DNA of 64,000 bases from Fistulifera solaris (Eukaryota): positions 558,001 through 622,000 of the forward strand of contig AP026167.1 of the NCBI GenBank assembly GCA_030295235.1, written 5' to 3'. The notes beneath the pieces were generated by a model. That model was not told the DNA's origin and ran no database searches. It worked only from the letters and a program-made list of their open reading frames with translations. Below are positions 11,401-23,951 of the stretch, piece after piece (positions within the stretch are counted from its first letter, which is position 1; every line of letters begins with the position of its first letter). The position numbers and the translations under genes are program-made.

Positions 11401-14400
11401 AAGGAGCAAAAGTGTTATCGGCTACGTTAAGGATGTGGAAGCAACGCAAAACGTTCTTGCTGATGAGAAGAAGCGCAGTTTTGATTCAGGCTCAGCAGCG
11501 GCGTCGGCATGCATCCTTGATTGCGCAAAGGATTCGTGACCCTTTCTTTGACCTGACTTTAGCCGAGTGTCGATCCCTCTTACAGCTGAAGGAAGCCACC
11601 CTAGAAGCGGCTGTGTCCAGTAACGACTTTCAGTTGGCTGCCACTATTGAATCGGAGATGTAAGTGCTTTGAGTAACGTCAATACTCGCTATTTACTTCT
11701 CTAATGTATCTTTTCTTATTTCAAAAAAGTGTCGAAGTTAAAAGGCCATCTCAGACAAGCGTCCGCTTACTCGAGCAGTACTTGAAGAACGAATAGCTAG
11801 TGTTGAAGAGCGAATTAGCGAGGCCATCGAACGCAAAGCATACGTGGACTGTGCTCCATTGCAATCCCAACTAGACGAATTAATTTCAAAACGGTTGGAA
11901 CTGCCGACGATCAATGAGCTAGAAGACGAAGTCCAGAAAGCAGAGAGAGGCTTGTCGGAAACCGTTAAAAGAGAGACTTCGCTGGTGCGGCTGACTACCA
12001 ACTACGGCTTGACAAGGCAAAGCAACGGCTACAGAGTGCGTTGCAAGAAATGGATCCAGACAAGGTCGATGAAACAAAGAGTACAAACAGCGGAACAGAT
12101 GATTTGATGTCATTTGAAAGTCGATTCCAGCTGGATGAAGCTATTCAACGCCTTATTGAGCAACAGAAAACGAAAGTGAAAGAAAAGGATTTTCAGGGCG
12201 CGTCTTCGCTTCAAAGCAAAGTCGACCAACTTGAAAATATGAGACCGTTCTTTCCATCAATCGACGAACTGGAGCGGGAAATCAAAGGGTTGAAAATCAT
12301 GTTGGAAGACGCAGTGAAAGGGAAAAATTTCGAGTCAGCTGGAAGACTTGATCTTGACATCAAAGAAAAGGAAAAGAAGCTGGAAAGGGAACTGAGAAGC
12401 AGCACTTACGTGAAGAACTTGACTGTTACCTTATCGGATGGGACGACGCCGGTGTTTGAATCCCGTGCCAAACTCGAGAAAGAAATTCAGGCGAAGTCAA
12501 CTTTACAATCGGCATGCGTGCTAGCAAAAGACTTCGAAAAAGCGAAGAACTACCAATCTGATATTGATAGCCTCACCGCCCTTCGTACTTGTCTACCCAG
12601 TGAAAACGAACTCGTCAAACAGATCATTGAAACCAAAACGCAAATCGAAAGTTCAATGAAGACGAAGGATTTCTCAAAAGCGGAGAAACTTGGTCAAGAG
12701 CTTGAAGCACTTGAGAAGAAATACGCTGAGGAGACATTGTCTGAGGTTCCTAAGAAAGACGTTCCAGTTACTGTCAAAACAGCCGTGTCAAGAAAATTTC
12801 CTTTAACATTAAACGGTGATGCAAGACTCAGATCAAGTGAAACTTCTGTACGGTCAGCTAACGCAAAAAGTACTTCAGCTCAAAGTTCGCGCACTAAACC
12901 ATCTCTGCCCGCCACTCCTGCTAATTTCGGACGCCCTTCCACCATTCAGCCCACTAGCTACAGATCCGTCGCCAAGTTGCGCCCCGCTGTGCCACTAACA
13001 GGAAAATCAGATGAGTCAGTGTTGGCAATCATCAAGAATATAGCAGCAAAGCGTGCGAACTCTGCTGTTATCATTGATGGTAAAGGAGTTCTCGCAGGAA
13101 TCATCACCGATACCGACATCACTCGTCGAGTTGTGGCGATGGACGTAGACGCTACCACAACGAGCGTCGCCAAAGTAATGACACCCAATCCCACATGCGT
13201 CTCTCTTAGCGACTCGGCGTTAGATGCACTTTCGACCATGGTCGAGAATCGTTTCCGTCACCTTCCCGTGATCGACAGTGAAGGGTCCGTGGTCGGTCTC
13301 TTGGATATCGCCAAGTGTCTGAATGAGGCCATTTCAAAGCTGGAAAAGATTCAAGAGAAGAATAGCAAGAGCACACAGGATGTTGTTAGCCAGGTAGTGA
13401 GCCAACAAGGAGCCGGTGGTGCACAAGCTGCTGCCCTCCAAGCTCTCCTCGGTACCTTAATGAATCAAGCATTCGGGACGCAATCGGCACCGACTCTTCG
13501 GAGTGTACTGGCAGGAAAGCCTTGTACGATTGTCAATCCTGATACGTCTTTGTATGATGCGGGCAGGCTGATGGCGGAGAACCGCAAGGCAGCGTTGGTA
13601 GTTGATGAAGCGAGCGGGGAGTTAGTTGGAATTTTTGGGTTCAAAGACATGATGAATCGGGCCATCGCAAAAGAGTTACCATTGGCTACGACACCAATAT
13701 CCGAAGTCATGACTCCAAGTCCAGAATGCATGTCACCGGAGAATACTGTTCTCGAAGCACTTCAGACAATGCACGACAATCACATTTTGACGCTCCCCGT
13801 TTGTGAAGCCAGCGGTCAGGTGGTTGGTCTCGTGGACGTGATGGATGTTGTTTACGGTTGTGGAGGCGCAGATGGATGGCAGTCTATTTTCAGTAGCGCT
13901 ATGGATGCCCAAGATGATGTTTCTGATGTAACGTCTGTCCGCAGCAGACCAGAGTCTCATGAAATAGAAGCTGAGCGCCCGGTGGCAAGTTTACTTGAGT
14001 CCTCTGGCGAGCATCCCGTTTCGATGCTTCGTCCGATGAAGCCTCTTCTCTCGACATGCCAGGATTCTGTTCTCAAGGTAGCTCAGTTTCTCACTGCAAA
14101 GAGAGGCGTAGCGGCTCTCATCACCAATCCAACTGGGGGTTTGGCGGGGATTGTCACTGACACGGACATTACTCGGCGTGTTGTTGCCATGGGTTTGTCA
14201 CCTGCCACAACTGAGGTCACAAATGTTATGACCAAAAATCCGGCATGCGTGGCAATGACGGATTCAGCAATGGACGCTTTGACAATCATGGTTGAAAACC
14301 ACTTTCGTCATCTTCCGGTTGTCGACAGCGACCGTTCGATTGTTGGCGTGATTGATATTGCCAAATGTTTAAGCGGGGCTATTGCTTCCTTAGAGAAAGC

Positions 14401-16584
14401 CCAAGCAAGAAGCGACAACAAGGCAAGGGAAACAATCAGTCACATTATGACTCAGAATGGTAGTGATGGTAGTCATTCTGCCGCACTGCAAGCCCTCTTA
14501 GGATCTCTGGTTTCTCAATCCTTTGGTAACAAAGCGCTACCCACACTCCGTAGTATCCTGACCGGGAAGCCACGAACGCTAGTCGGCCCTAACACATCCA
14601 TTTCTGAAGCTGCCAGAGCTATGACCGAGAATCGGAAAGCCGCACTAGTTGTTGATGAAGCGACGCAATCCCTTGTGGGCATTTTCGGATTCAAAGACAT
14701 GATGACTAGAGTAGTGGCAAAAGAACTGGATCTTGCAAAGAATTCGGTTTCTTCTGTCATGACCGCCAACCCTGAAACAGTTCTGCCTGATGTCTCTGTA
14801 CTTGAAGCTCTCCAGATAATGCATGACCACCACTTTCTTAATCTCCCCGTGTGTGAGGCTGATGGTACCGTGGTTGGTCTCGTGGATGTAATGGATGTGA
14901 TTCATGGATGCGGAGGCGCAGAGGGATGGAGATCTATTTTTAGCAGCGCCATGCACCTCCGAGGCGACGATGATGATGATCGGTCGGTTGCATCCTCCTC
15001 TGTCCATAGCTTGGGGCGCTCAGTGAAGTCGAAATTTTCAGCTGCAGCGAAGAAACACGTATCGGATACGACGGTTGAGAAATTGAGACCATCGAAACCT
15101 ATTCTAACCGACGATTCAAGCACCATATTAGCCGTTACTCAAATTATCAAAAGTAAACGAGGGTCGGCTTCAATTATTATCACACCTGCAGGAGAATTGA
15201 CTGGGATCATCACCGATACCGACATCACTCGTCGAGTTGTGGCGATGGACGTAGACGCTGCCACAACGAGCGTCGCCAAAGTAATGACACCCAATCCCAC
15301 ATGCGTCTCTCTTAGCGACTCGGCGTTAGATGCACTTTCGACCATGGTCGAGAATCGTTTCCGTCACCTTCCCGTGATCGACAGTGAAGGGTCCGTGGTC
15401 GGTCTCTTGGATATCGCCAAGTGTCTGAATGAGGCCATTTCAAAGCTGGAAAAGATTCAAGAGAAGAATAGCAAGAGCACACAGGATGTTGTTAGCCAGG
15501 TAGTGAGCCAACAAGGAGCCGGTGGTGCACAAGCTGCTGCCCTCCAAGCTCTCCTCGGTACCTTAATGAATCAAGCATTCGGGACGCAATCGGCACCGAC
15601 TCTTCGGAGTGTACTGGCAGGAAAGCCTTGTACGATTGTCAATCCTGATACGTCTTTGTATGATGCGGGCAGGCTGATGGCGGAGAACCGCAAGGCAGCG
15701 TTGGTAGTTGATGAAGCGAGCGGGGAGTTAGTTGGAATTTTTGGGTTCAAAGACATGATGAATCGGGCCATCGCAAAGAGTTACCATTGGCTACGACACC
15801 AATATCCGAAGTCATGACTCCAAGTCCAGAATGCATGTCACCGGAGAATACTGTTCTCGAAGCACTTCAGACAATGCACGACAATCACATTTTGACGCTC
15901 CCCGTCTGTGAAGCCAGCGGTCAGGTGGTTGGTCTCGTGGACGTGATGGATGTTGTTTACGGTTGTGGAGGCGCAGATGGATGGAGATCCATTTTCTCGA
16001 AAGCTATGGAAATTGACGAGTCAACAGCGTTATCCGTAGAAGAATCCAATCTGGCACCAAGTAGTCGATGGTTGGAGTCAGTTTCACGTCCAATGACGGC
16101 GAAGGTCAAGCTTCCAGGAAATATCCCATCAACATTGGAATTCGTCGACAACGATGTGAGTAGCGCAATGGATGATAGAGGAATCTCAAGAGTTTTCGGT
16201 CCCGAAGATGGGAGCGAATGCGGCGACATGAAAGGTACCTTCAAGATCACGGATTCAAAAGGACGGACACACCGAATCCGTTGCGAGCTCAAGCGTGATG
16301 CTCTGACCACTGCCATTTCCGAAAAGGCGGAGATTGAGCGCGACTGCTTCCAGGTTCAATATACTGACGAAGAAGGAGATTTGGTTGTTATCACCAGTGA
16401 CGAAGATGTCGGAGAGGCATGGACGGCGGCTCAAAAGGCCGGCAACAAAGTCGTTAAGCTTGATATGGTCTTTATGACGAAAAAAGCCAACGGCCCTGAT
16501 GGTCTGCTCTTGGCAGCTGGTGCTGTCTCACTAGTCGCAATCTGTGCTTCGGCGTTCTTCGTTCTCAATCGCGGTAAAAAATAA
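8421..16584 (+). CDS. MYO29: Class XXIX myosin: motor, IQ, UVR-like helical repeats, three blocks of 4 CBS domains, PB1, C-terminal TM; introns 8514..8588, 10621..10702, 11660..~11729; several homopolymer frameshifts
   Basis: Motor motifs SGESGAGKTE, FGNAQTLRNDNSSRFGKY, YLLEK, ERNYHVFY, LDIYGFE, INYCNEKLQ, PHYIRCIKPN; IQAQQRR; repeated xxDFxxAxxL motifs; CBS motifs (GIITDTDITRRVVA, FRHLPV, GIFGFKD); PB1 (YTDEEGDLVVITSDED); tail anchor GLLLAAGAVSLVAICASAFFVL. Indels at ~9678, ~10032, ~11130, ~11742, ~11968, ~15776. Confidence 0.88.
13100..13879 (+). repeat. Copy 1 of ~780-bp near-identical intragenic duplication (CBS block 1)
   Basis: Matches 15206..15984 except for about 2 substitutions and one A indel seen by eye. 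Confidence 0.92.
15206..15984 (+). repeat. Copy 2 of ~780-bp near-identical intragenic duplication (CBS block 3)
   Basis: Direct repeat of 13100..13879, offset ~2106 bp. Confidence 0.92.
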
Positions 16585-16970
16585 ATCTTGTTACAGTCAA
16601 TTGAATGATATTGCAGTGAAACTATTGTTTTTTTTTAACCTTTCTTCGGCGATGAATTTAGTCAGCAAGTCGGAGCTCTCTCGAGCGTTTCTTGGAAAAC
16701 CACAGACCTAAGTACCAGTACCGTAGTGCCTGGTGTTGTTGTGCGCGTCCGATGACGATTCTACATTATAGTTTATAGTCACTCCCAGTCGGTCATTTGG
16801 GGTCATTTTTCACTTTGAACCCATCAACGTGCGTGGTTCGAAAACACAACACACAACACATCAAAAAAGCCATCGACCATTTCCGCTTCAAAGGAGTTAG
16901 CTTTTGTTACATCTGGGTCAAATCGTCACGTTCATTATTCTATCAATTTTAAATTCACTTCTGTGAGACG

Positions 16971-17701
16971 ATGGACACTGCGACCGCCAAGGCACTACTT
17001 CAATCCGATGATGTTGCCAAGTTGCGAAAGGAAGCCATTTCATTGCAAAATTACAACACCGACAGCAGTGCTGAAGAGGAACAAATACTCAAACTGCAAC
17101 TGCTGCTCTGGAATAGAATATTGCAGCTTTCCGCGAGCGCTCCCGACTCGGAAAAAGCCGCAGTTTATGTATCCTCGGGCAACGTATGGATGCGTATGGG
17201 TGACAACGAGCGGGCGTCGGGACAATTGCAAAAAGCTCTTGCGTTACAAAAATCGGCGGGTGATTGTATCGCCACTGTGAAAACATTGCAATTATTGGGA
17301 CAAGCTGCGGTCAACTCGAGTGACTACGCGGCTGCTACGGAATACTACCAAAAAGCCATTGCCGAGCTCGTAGAAAACAACGAACAGCAATCGGAGTTGG
17401 CGTTAGCGTACAGCCAACTCGCTTCGGTCTTCGAGGTTCAATCCGAATTTGCAACAGCCTTACAATGGATTGATAAGGCGACGGATATTTACGATAAAAT
17501 TGCCAGTGACAAAGAGGATGAAATTGTTGCGGTTGTCGAGGCGCAAAGGGGAACATTACAAGAGAAGTTGGGCGAGTACGAGCAAGCGGTAGTATCTTTG
17601 AGCAAGGCACACAATGCTCTCTTGAAAACGCGGGGAGAGGATCATCCTCGAACGCAAGAAATTTCATTTTGCTTGAAATGGCTCGAAGTTTGGTGGACTG
17701 A
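16971..17701 (+). CDS. Tetratricopeptide-repeat protein (kinesin-light-chain-like TPRs); probable T-run indel at ~17668 giving ...ISFLLEMARSLVD*
   Basis: TPR-like repeats: AAVYVSSGNVWMRMGDNERASGQLQKALAL, LQLLGQAAVNSSDYAAATEYYQKAI, LAYSQLASVFEVQSEFATALQWIDKA, GTLQEKLGEYEQAVVSLSKA; also GEDHPRT. Confidence 0.8.
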
Positions 17702-17977
17702 TGCGTGCTTACAAAACGTTTTTGAAACATTTAATCTAAATTATAAGACCCTTCGTTCTGTACGTGCATTACTCGAGGAACTCGAATTCTCTGTCGATAC
17801 GATCTGAAACGATTTGCTAGAGAAACAGAAACACCGAATTATCGCCGCCAAAGCACTCGTCCCATCATCAAACCCGAGTGGATATGATGAAAAGGTATAA
17901 CACTACGTGACGGTGAATCACACCCCCTCAAAATAAACGAATGCTGCTTTTTAAATTTCTTTTTTATTTAGTGAAAC

Positions 17978-19832
17978 TTATTGATTCGTATCTTTACGAT
18001 ACTGCAGTAAGTCGGCAATGCTCGTCAAAATATATCCATGCTTTCGGCAAAATCGTCTCATTTCGGGAAGTCGCATCATTTCCACAGGGTTGTCTTCGGA
18101 AACAATTTCACACAGGACACCAGCAGGTGCGCATCCTGCCAACCGTGACAAATCAACCGCAGCTTCGGTATGACCTTGTCGGGCCAAGACCCCACCTTGA
18201 ACCGCCTGTAACGGAAAGATGTGTCCCGGTCGCTGCAAATCAGACGCTTGCGTCGAAGATGCCGCCAACAATTGAACCGTTTTCGATCTGTCCGTGGCAC
18301 TGATTCCCGTCGTGATACCGTGTTCTTTTGTAGCGTCTACACTAACGCCAAAAGCAGTGCCTTTCGGATCTTCATTGTTCTTAACCATGGCATCAATTTG
18401 CAACTGTTCCATACGATCTTTTCCAAAGCGACACAGATGACTCCACTGCTGTACTTAACGATTTGTGCCATATCACGAGGAGTGCACTTGTCAGCCGCCA
18501 TGATGAAATCACCTTCATTTTCGCGATCCATGTCATCCACAACCACCACCATTTCTCCGCGAGCGATGGCAGCTATCGCCTTTTCGACTGATTCACGTCC
18601 AAAGCAGTACCCATCTTCTTGTGAAGCCACAACACCCTGCAGTCCGTCTTCGTCGTCCCCTATATCGTCTACTCCGACAGCTTCGGCAATTGCTTTCGCT
18701 TTCTCTTCTTCAACCAGTAAGGAAACCTGGATGGCATTGGCGGTCAAGTCCGTTCCATTGGTAATGTATTCATCCGTAACATACAGCGGCAAGTTACTAT
18801 TCCGCGAAAGCACATCGCTTTCATCATTCCCCACCAAAGCCGCTAAATTGGCATGATGCATTCGATGAAACTTAGATTCCAAGTACTTTTGATTGTGAAC
18901 GTTGGTTTTGGGAACGACCATGGGGACTGTTCCACGCACGTCGACACCCGCCTGTTTCAACAATTCCACTTTACGAGGATTGTTGGTCATGAGTTCAATC
19001 GACTGGATCCCCAAATCTTCTAAAATAGATGGTACGACACTGTATTCTCGCAAATCTTCGGGGAATCCCAAATGTAGATTCGCGTCGACCGTATCCATTC
19101 CGTGATCTTGCAACTGATAAGCCGCCACCTTGTTGGCGAGACCGATTCCACGACCTTCTTGTTGCAAGTAAATGATAAGACCACCTTCTTTTTGTATTTT
19201 TAATAGTGCCATGTGGAGCTGCTCTTTGCAGTCGCAACTGGAATCACGAAAGAAAAAAATGCGTCAGATGACCATCGACTGGACTCAATGTTTTTTTTTT
19301 ATAATTACACGTACCGTTGACTGCGAAATACTTCACTCGTCACACATTGATCATGAATACGAACTTGCACCGGCTGGGTACTGTGAAAGGGAGGCATTTT
19401 CGGATTGTAAATGACACAAGGTTCATGATTGAGTCGATTGGGCGGTTGCGGAATCCGATAGGCTCGCAATTGAAATTGTCCAATGTCGGTCGGTAATTTC
19501 GTTTCGGCGACGTATTCGACCGGAGTGGCTTTCGTCAATGCAGTCGCTTTGCCATTTCGTGGCGTGTAAAAGCCATTCTTGTCTTTGTGGCTGCTGCTGT
19601 TGTTACTGCCGCCTTGCAATTGACATTTGACGTCTTTCTTGGGAATCGTCGTCGAGCCCCCGCGCATGCGTCTTTGTGAATGCAATTTTCCCACCAAAAA
19701 GGGAGTACTGTGCGAAGAGGATGCGAAAGCATCGGAGCAACGACACAGAATGAGCGTCAATACAATGAGCATCGATGATCTCATGAGTATAATATTATGA
19801 CGACGTCGCTGTTGTCGTTGCAGCAGAGTCAT
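17978..19832 (-). CDS. ribBA: Bifunctional riboflavin biosynthesis enzyme, N-terminal GTP cyclohydrolase II + C-terminal DHBP synthase, with plastid-type leader; intron 19238..19314; A-run indel ~18420
   Basis: GCH-II motifs: RIHDQCVTSEVFRSQR|CDC, QEGRGIGL, AYQLQD, DTVDAN, TNNPRK. DHBPS motifs: VDDMDRENEGD, TTGISATDR, RPGHIFPL, GHTEA, CEI. Leader MLIVLTLILCRCSDAF. True start may be ATG 19784. Confidence 0.92.
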
Positions 19833-20618
19833 GATTGTGTGTATGTGTGTGGGAAAAGAATCGAGTTGTGCGGTTGTTATTGTGAATGAATAGCAAACAA
19901 AGGGAAGACAAAGACACCTTTTGTGACGTTTCTGCTGATTGCCGATGAGATGATGGGTCCGCTGTTGTTCGTTGAACTTGAGGGCGACGGAGGGAAAATA
20001 CGATGATTAAACTCTCGAGCGCAAATAACCCTGAACTTGTCTTCCGCTCTTCTTGAATTACGATCCGATGGTTTGAGTTGAATATCAATTATGTAGGCGC
20101 GTCGATCGTGTGCAGGTCACACTTTCAACACAAGAGAAACAAGCAGACCGTTCACGAGGCTCTTTGTTCTTTGCTTTTGTTCGTTTTTTTTTTGCGCGTG
20201 GAAGGAGCGAGACCTCCCCTATCGTCATCATCGGAGGACGCGAAGCTGTTTGAAGTGAAAAGAGTACAGGTTCGACGAGGTTCGTTTTGCGAGTGTGGGC
20301 AATAAATCAATGGCCTACAGAAACGCCACCTGCGATTACGTGCGTATGAGTAGAAAGGTCCACGTAGGTTTACGGTGAGGGGTAGAGGACTGACGGTCAG
20401 ACGACGTCACGGGACTGCACACATTCTTTGATCCGTGACTGCTCCTCGAGGAGTTACGAATGCTCTCACCGCTCACTTTTTTTCAAGTCATTCTCTTTGC
20501 CAGAAAACATCTCACATCAATGCTAAGAGCTACACGAAAACTCCTCATTTCTTAGAAATAGCATTTACACTATGCATATTCACCTGCATTTTGTTTGCGC
20601 TTTGGAAAGTAGACTGCT

Positions 20619-21051
20619 TTAACGTTCCATCACCTCCTTTTGTGTAAGACAGAAACCGCATTTTGGGAAAAGTGTCAAACCAGCTACAGACACTGCCACG
20701 GGAACTTCTTGATTGCAAGGTAAAGCACAAGATAAGACACCACAGCAGACGTGGCACTGTCCGTTTATGATGCTACACCCGTCACATTCCGGTTGAATGC
20801 CGACACAACAGAATGGAAAGAGCGGGGGAGCACCAGGCTTGCAGCATAACTCGGCATTCAAGCAGCAGATACCAGCCTGAAAAAGATTTGAGAAAAAACA
20901 TTCGTCTGAGCAAAGTAACGTTTTTGAATCAACTTACTTTACCGGAGCAACCAATGCAATCGCAAGTCGGATAGATGGAAAGATTCACACAGCAGATTGC
21001 AAAGCAAAGAACAAGATTGTCTTCATTGACAGCATCGTCACCGCAACACAT
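20619..21051 (-). CDS. Small cysteine-rich protein (123 aa, 23 Cys); exons 21051..20938 and 20876..20619
   Basis: ATG at 21051, phase-0 intron GTAAGT...TTTTTCAG (20937..20877). Spliced product MCCGDDAVNEDNLVLCFAICCVNLSIYPTCDCIGCSGK-AGICCLNAELCCKPGAPPLFPFCC...CALPCNQEVPVAVSVAGLTLFPKCGFCLTQKEVMER*. Confidence 0.8.
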
Positions 21052-21729
21052 CTTTTATTTATGAGTTTGTTTTTGAAAGGAAACAAATATAATTATGAAT
21101 GAAAAAGTCGTCAGCTTTCTCATCTTTTGTAGGAAACGCCCCAATACGTTGTATTTCTTTCGAACGAGAATGTGTCGGCGAGGAGGTTCGATCGTTCCTG
21201 AACGCGATGGACAACTCAATCGTGCTTCTTGGAGCATGACGTCAAGAATGTTGACTATCTTCCAAAGTGTGGGTTCGACCCCGCCACTACATTTCAGTCA
21301 CGAGGTAAAATGTGTCAAGCAGAATGCAGAATAAGAGTTCATGCTCACGATTTTTCGATCTTGGTGTTACATTATTATTATTCGGTAAAGCAACGACGGA
21401 CAGTTCATGTAAAGAAGCAGCATTTTCGTTGCACATTCGATAATGGACGTCGATAACGCATGGGGAACGTTGTTTCAGAGTTTTACTCTCACACAAAGAG
21501 TCGACGGGCCACATTCACGACTAGAGATGTCAGCCCTGACTTCGTCGACCGACAGCAAGACGTCAGGGACGGGAACTCGCCTCGCACACTACTTGACGAC
21601 GCGCAAAGCCATTAGGTCATTTCAAATGTACGTTGGTCATTCTATTAAAACATGCTGTTTTAGATTACTGAAACGACCAAACGAGTACAAAGTATAACTG
21701 AATCATTGTAAGTTACAAGTAACGAAATA

Positions 21730-23879
21730 ATGAGCACGGTCCCTCGAAAGGAAATGAGGGAAGGCAAGCCACAAAGGCCAGATTCATCGTATGATGCATC
21801 ATCTTCCTTCATTCGTTCTCCGCCAAAGCGATCTACAAAGACGGCGTCCGCACCCACCACTCCGAATCGATGGCAGTCCTTAACACAGTCGTCTACTCCC
21901 GTTTCTTCATGGACTGTTGTAGAGAACGGTAGCCCGCAAAAAAGAAATCATTTACAACGCAACAATAGTCATCAATCATCACAGACGGGAAATCGACCGC
22001 GATTGCATTCGGCCCCGGTCGGAGAATCATCATCATCACGAGATGGCCACAACTTCAGCAGTCCGCGCAAAAGAAATCCTTCAATGAAGGTCGTCAAAAT
22101 AATCATAATAACAACAATAATCATACTGCCCGCATGATTCGACGCACACGATCCGACGGACCCATGTTCAGTACGCGACAACCATCGTTCCATAAATCAC
22201 AGAATCCCCAACGCCGTCTGCGTCGTTATCAATCCAGCAGTGACATGCCCTTACCTTCTCTTCCGACCCTGCAAGTCATTTCGATGCATGTTTTCTTGTC
22301 GCATCAATTGTATTACACACAGCCACCACCGAATTTGAAGTCCTCGTGTCCGACCGTTTGGAATTCACTGGCGCTCGACAATCCCGTGTCGTATTTCAAA
22401 GACTTGCACGAACAATACGTCCAAGCCTTGCCACAACAACACGAACGGATCTGTCAAGGATTACTCAACAAATTGTCGTGGACGAATGCTCCCAAATTGG
22501 TCGTCTTATATGCCCAACAGATGCGCATGAATAGGAATACGGGACGAGATTGTGTCCGATGGATTGTACACAAAGCCCAACAAGAACCGCATTATGCCGA
22601 CATGTATGCGCATTTTGCCAAAGAATTGTCACAACTTGAGGGGGGAAGAGAATACTGTATCGGTATGGTTGCGGGAGCAGTGTTGGAACGAAATGGCCGT
22701 ATCGAAATTGTCGACGGCTTGGTTAGGATTAATACGATTCGTTGGGGCATTGTATCGAACAGATTCTACCATGATTCCCATTGAGGATTATTTGAATTGG
22801 ATTGGGGATCGTATTCGGTCCGACAGTCAAGACAATGAACTTGTATTGGAAGGTTTGGGTCAACTTTTGACCCATTCGCAGTGGGAAGGACCGTCGGATT
22901 CAACGGCCACAACCGCAACGACTACCAGTACTGCGGAACATGTGAAAATCGATTCCATCTGGCCCATGGTACAGGATTTGGCCAAGACGGGGCAAGCTAC
23001 CATTTTTGTAATCCCGAAACTGGAAGCATCCTTTTACAGACATCCAAACGCATTCAGTTTTTGTTGCAAGATTTAATTGATTTGAAACAGAATCGGTGGG
23101 AACTCAAAGCACGACTGGTTCAAGCACAAGCTCGTACATTGGATGAGATACACGAACAGATGGAAATGGAAGAAGAGGATGGTGCTATTGTCACAAAGAA
23201 CAATTCGGCACTCTCTTTCATTCATTGGCGGTCGTCGTCTGCGACTGCCGCACCGGCGCAGCAGCGTTCCAAACAATATCCGGAGCCAGCCGATTGTGCA
23301 GAACACATGCATTCCATGATTCGTGTTTATCTATTGAACGAAGAAGAACCAATGGAGCATGTTATGGAGAAATGGACGGCATCCGTGGGAGAGGGGCCCG
23401 CGGACGACCAGGATTATCAAGCTCGCGTAGCAGCCGTTCTTGCCGACAGTATCCTCATGGCCTTGGAAATGAAATCACAGCAAGTGGAGCGATTGAAATC
23501 ATTGATGCAGCGTATTGTTGGTGGCAATGATGATAGTAAGACCACCATGACATCTTTGTTGCTACGAGGCTTACAGTTACCATTGGAACTGTTGCGCGAC
23601 GTTGAATTGGATGCTCCCAAGGCCGTCTCCTATTTGGGACAGTTCCTCTCCGGTTTTGACATTTCGCTTCGTGATCTCTTTTTTCAGGGTACGCCTGATA
23701 CATGGCCGGAACGGCCCGGAGCACTCGCCGTTCACCTCGTGGCGGCGCGAGGCAACAGCAGTGAAGACGATTTGAAGTGCATTGAAGAGATTCTGCAGCA
23801 TTCTGCAGAAGTTCGAGAACATTCTACCATCGTCGAATGGATCACGCAAGTGAAAGACTTGAACAAGCCGAAGAACTAG
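21730..23879 (+). CDS. Divergent eIF4G-like protein (MIF4G + MA3-like); indels at ~22070, ~22642, ~23004
   Basis: MIF4G hallmarks GLLNKLS, KAQQEPHYADMYAHFAKEL, WLGLIRFVGALY, SKRIQFLLQDLIDLKQNRW...ARTLDEIH; MA3-like DVELDAPKAVSYLGQF. Confidence 0.75.
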
Positions 23880-23951
23880 TCACAGATTAACGATTTTCTC
23901 TTGAGCCAGTATTATTCCATGCAACAATTTAACATTTTTACATCTATGTAC

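Noticed and set aside
8421..16584. Programmed ribosomal frameshifting or pseudogene status of myosin and other split genes
   Set aside because: Shifts occur at runs of all four bases in both directions with no shared slippery/stop signature. The duplicated block shows a 4A vs 3A discrepancy, and conserved motifs are intact.
21230..21295. tRNA-like T-loop GGGTTCGACCCC
   Set aside because: No acceptor stem, D-arm or anticodon arm can be formed.
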